The translations under genes were made by a program, and so were the position numbers. The notes under the pieces are model-generated. The model was not told the origin of the DNA, made no database searches, and was given only the letters and a program-made list of their open reading frames with translations. A DNA stretch of 64,000 nucleotides from positions 96,001 through 160,000 of the forward strand of contig CAVPZX010000005.1 in the NCBI GenBank assembly GCA_963710375.1, in the 5' to 3' direction. The number at the start of each line of letters is the position of its first letter. Positions within the stretch are counted from its first letter, which is position 1. Below are positions 61,594 through 64,000 of the stretch, one piece after another. The stretch comes from Nitrospirota bacterium. GTDB lineage: Bacteria > Nitrospirota > Thermodesulfovibrionia > Thermodesulfovibrionales > Dissulfurispiraceae.

Positions 61594-61803
61594 GTGAAGA
61601 CGTTGCTAATTGCCTTTGTGAAACTATACCGGTACACGATTTCACCTGTATTGCCTTCCAATTGCAGATTCACGCCGTCATGTTCGGAGTATTCCATTGA
61701 GGCATTAAAGGAATACGGTGCGGTCAAGGGCGGCTATCTTACCATTAAAAGAATTTTAAAGTGCCATCCATTTCACCCGGGCGGATATGACCCGGTAAAA
61801 TAA
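61594..61803 (+). CDS. yidD: Membrane protein insertion efficiency factor YidD
   Basis: [36 protein letters not shown] after GGGGAGG (ATG 61573 is an alternative). Confidence 0.95.
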   Translation: MKTLLIAFVKLYRYTISPVLPSNCRFTPSCSEYSIEALKEYGAVKGGYLTIKRILKCHPFHPGGYDPVK

Positions 61804-61821
61804 ATGTAAAGGATTTTTGTT

Positions 61822-63354
61822 ATGGAAAAAAGGACCTTTCTCGCGATCGCTATTTCTATTGCCATACTGCTTGTATACCAGTATTTTTTTGTGAAACCTG
61901 CAGCACCTCCGGTTACCGGCCGTGGCATTGTAAAGGAAGCCGCTAAAGAGGAAGCGAAACAGGCTTCTGCTACCCCCCCGGCCTTAATCCCAAACACCGA
62001 GGCGACCGAAACGGAAAGAGACGTGGTTGTGGACAGCGACCTGTATACTGCTACCTTAAGTTCCAAGGGTGGCACCATAAAAAGCATTCTTCTTAAGCAG
62101 TACAATGACGAAAGCGGAAAACCGATAGTGTTAAAGAGCGAAGATGTCCTTCCTCCGTTTTCGATCGGGGCGAATGAGGGGTTCCAATTTGCGCATGCTC
62201 CATTCCAGATTCTCGGCAGCAATGTAAAACTCACTCCTGAACTGAATTCCGCATCAATTGCCTTCGACTATTCCGACAATGGAATATCTATCCGCAGGAC
62301 CTATACTTTTCATTATGGCGACTATGCATTTGACCTTAAAGATGAAGTGAACGGTCTTCCATCATATTGGATAACGCTTGGAAAAGATTTCGGCATTTAT
62401 AATAAAGAGACTGCGCGCTCAGTACACTATGGGCCTGTCGTATTGAAGGATGCTGACAGGCTTGAATTTTCTGCGCCCAAATTGAAGGAGCCCAAAATCA
62501 TTAAAGAGGGTGTTAAATGGATTGCACAGGAGGACAAGTATTTCTTTTCTTCCCTGATTCCCAAAGGGCCTGTTGATGAAGTAAGGGTATGGGATCAAAA
62601 CGGTGAGGCGCAGGTGGCTGCGGAATTTAAGGGAGGGACAAATAACTATATGCTTTATGCCGGTCCTAAAGAAAACAACCGGCTCCTGCAATATCATGTA
62701 GGGCTCGAGTACGTGATAGATTTCGGTTTCTTCTCCATTATCGCTCGCCCTCTGTTCTGGGTTTTGAAGCTGTTCTACAAGGTTTTTCATAATTACGGGG
62801 TTGCCATCGTTATTCTTACCACCATAGTGAGGATTCCGTTTATTCCGCTGGTGAACAAAGGGCAGCAATCTATGAAGAAGCTTCAGGATATACAGCCGAG
62901 AATGGCTGAAATCAAGGAGAAATATAAAAATGACCCGCAGAGAATGCAGAAGGAGGTCATGGAGCTTTACAAAAAGCACAAGGTCAACCCGATGGGCGGC
63001 TGCCTTCCCATGGTGCTGCAGATACCGGTCTTTTTTGCTCTTTATAAAGTGCTCCTCATCTCAATTGAACTGAGGGGGGCGCCCTTCATTTTTTGGATCC
63101 ATGATCTATCCTTAAAGGACCCTACGTATGTTCTGCCGGTAGTTATGGGAATTACCATGGTTATCCAGCAGAAGATGACGCCATCCTCCATGGAGCCGAT
63201 GCAGCAGAAAATGATGATGATTATGCCGGTCGTGTTTACGTTCATGTTCCTGAGCTTTCCGTCAGGCCTTGTCCTGTACTGGCTGGTAAACAATGTGTTA
63301 AGCATCGGCCAACAATTCTATACTAACCGGAAGCTGGCAAAGCAAAAAACGTGA
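61822..63354 (+). CDS. yidC: Membrane protein insertase YidC
   Basis: YAGPK, IDFG, NYGVAI, NPMGGCLP..QIPVF, PSGLVLYW. Confidence 0.97.
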   Translation: MEKRTFLAIAISIAILLVYQYFFVKPAAPPVTGRGIVKEAAKEEAKQASATPPALIPNTEATETERDVVVDSDLYTATLSSKGGTIKSILLKQYNDESGKPIVLKSEDVLPPFSIGANEGFQFAHAPFQILGSNVKLTPELNSASIAFDYSDNGISIRRTYTFHYGDYAFDLKDEVNGLPSYWITLGKDFGIYNKETARSVHYGPVVLKDADRLEFSAPKLKEPKIIKEGVKWIAQEDKYFFSSLIPKGPVDEVRVWDQNGEAQVAAEFKGGTNNYMLYAGPKENNRLLQYHVGLEYVIDFGFFSIIARPLFWVLKLFYKVFHNYGVAIVILTTIVRIPFIPLVNKGQQSMKKLQDIQPRMAEIKEKYKNDPQRMQKEVMELYKKHKVNPMGGCLPMVLQIPVFFALYKVLLISIELRGAPFIFWIHDLSLKDPTYVLPVVMGITMVIQQKMTPSSMEPMQQKMMMIMPVVFTFMFLSFPSGLVLYWLVNNVLSIGQQFYTNRKLAKQKT

Positions 63355-63453
63355 AAGGTGAATCGTGAAACGTGAACCGCAAAGACCTTCAAGTCTTTCT
63401 TTCACCTCGGTTCTAATCTTTCCACGTTTCACTCTTCACTTTTCACGCTTCAC
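63350..63453. repeat. Fold-back element of GTGAANN heptamers starting at the yidC stop
   Basis: cgtgaaaggtgaatcgtgaaacgtgaaccg ... tttcactcttcacttttcacgcttcac. Confidence 0.8.
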
Positions 63454-63459
63454 ATTTTT

Positions 63460-64000
63460 ATGAACGATACAATTGCGGCAATAGCCACCCCCATAGGCGA
63501 GGGAGGGATAGGAATTATCCGGCTTAGCGGCAAAGATGCCGTTGATATTGCCGGTCGAATTTTTTTGTCCCGCGGCGCTAAAACACTCAGGGATGCCCCA
63601 TCCCATACTATCACATACGGGTTTATTGTCGATCCGTCCCAAGGGGGGAAAATAGATGAAGTGCTGGTCACAGTTATGCGTGCGCCGAGGACATACACAA
63701 GGGAGGATGTGGTTGAGATCAATTGTCACGGAGGAATGCTTCCGCTTAAAACAGTGCTTCAGCTGCTTCTCAGGGAAGGGGCAAGGATTGCTGAGCCAGG
63801 AGAATTTACCAGGAGGGCTTTTTTGAACGGCAGGATAGACCTTTCACAGGCAGAAGCGGTCATTGATATCATAAAGGCCAGATCAGACCAGGCAGAACGC
63901 CTGGCCCTTGCCCAGCTGGAAGGGAAGCTCTCCAGGACAATAACAGGGCTTCAGGACCGTATCACGACATTGTGCGCCTACATAGAAGCGCAGATTGATT
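63460..64000 (+). CDS. mnmE: tRNA modification GTPase MnmE (3'-truncated by window edge)
   Basis: [59 protein letters not shown]. Confidence 0.96.
   Translation, partial: MNDTIAAIATPIGEGGIGIIRLSGKDAVDIAGRIFLSRGAKTLRDAPSHTITYGFIVDPSQGGKIDEVLVTVMRAPRTYTREDVVEINCHGGMLPLKTVLQLLLREGARIAEPGEFTRRAFLNGRIDLSQAEAVIDIIKARSDQAERLALAQLEGKLSRTITGLQDRITTLCAYIEAQID

Overview
This is a gene-dense chromosomal window from an anaerobic Gram-negative bacterium. Gene content and style suggest Nitrospirota (Thermodesulfovibrionia-like) or a related deltaproteobacterial-type lineage, which is inference only. In order, it contains: (1) a glycosyltransferase/deacetylase pair, then surE, an FAD oxidoreductase and pcm; (2) a K+ module with a c-di-AMP (ydaO/yuaA) riboswitch ahead of a KimA-like APC transporter, a divergent histidine kinase and a free copy of the KimA C-terminal domain; (3) a ~20 kb minus-strand sigma54 nitrogen island. 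The island holds nifHDK-nifEN(fused)-nifX-nifI1-nifI2-fdxB, then nifB-hesA-modBC. It ends with an unusual cassette of a stand-alone NifA-type HTH, TorF-like porin, APC permease, glnA, PP2C-Ser/Thr kinase fusion, SMR-like protein and an Amt whose NH4+-site motif is altered (WFGF-TTGR instead of WFGF-NxGS). Four sigma54 promoters with shared upstream boxes and IHF-like sites are readable. The rest is (4) accessory signalling and surface genes, and (5) housekeeping genes: rpiB-glyA-nrdR, gap-pgk, speD, tRNA-Phe, frameshifted galT-glgA, an orphan DRTGG/anti-sigma/PHP cassette, and rpmH-yidD-yidC-mnmE with rnpA missing and a MITE in its place. About ten intergenic fold-back elements built from 6-7-nt tandem units and three other MITE-like families are present. 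No CRISPR array, rRNA, transposase or integrase was seen. All assignments come from motif recognition by eye, with no database searches.
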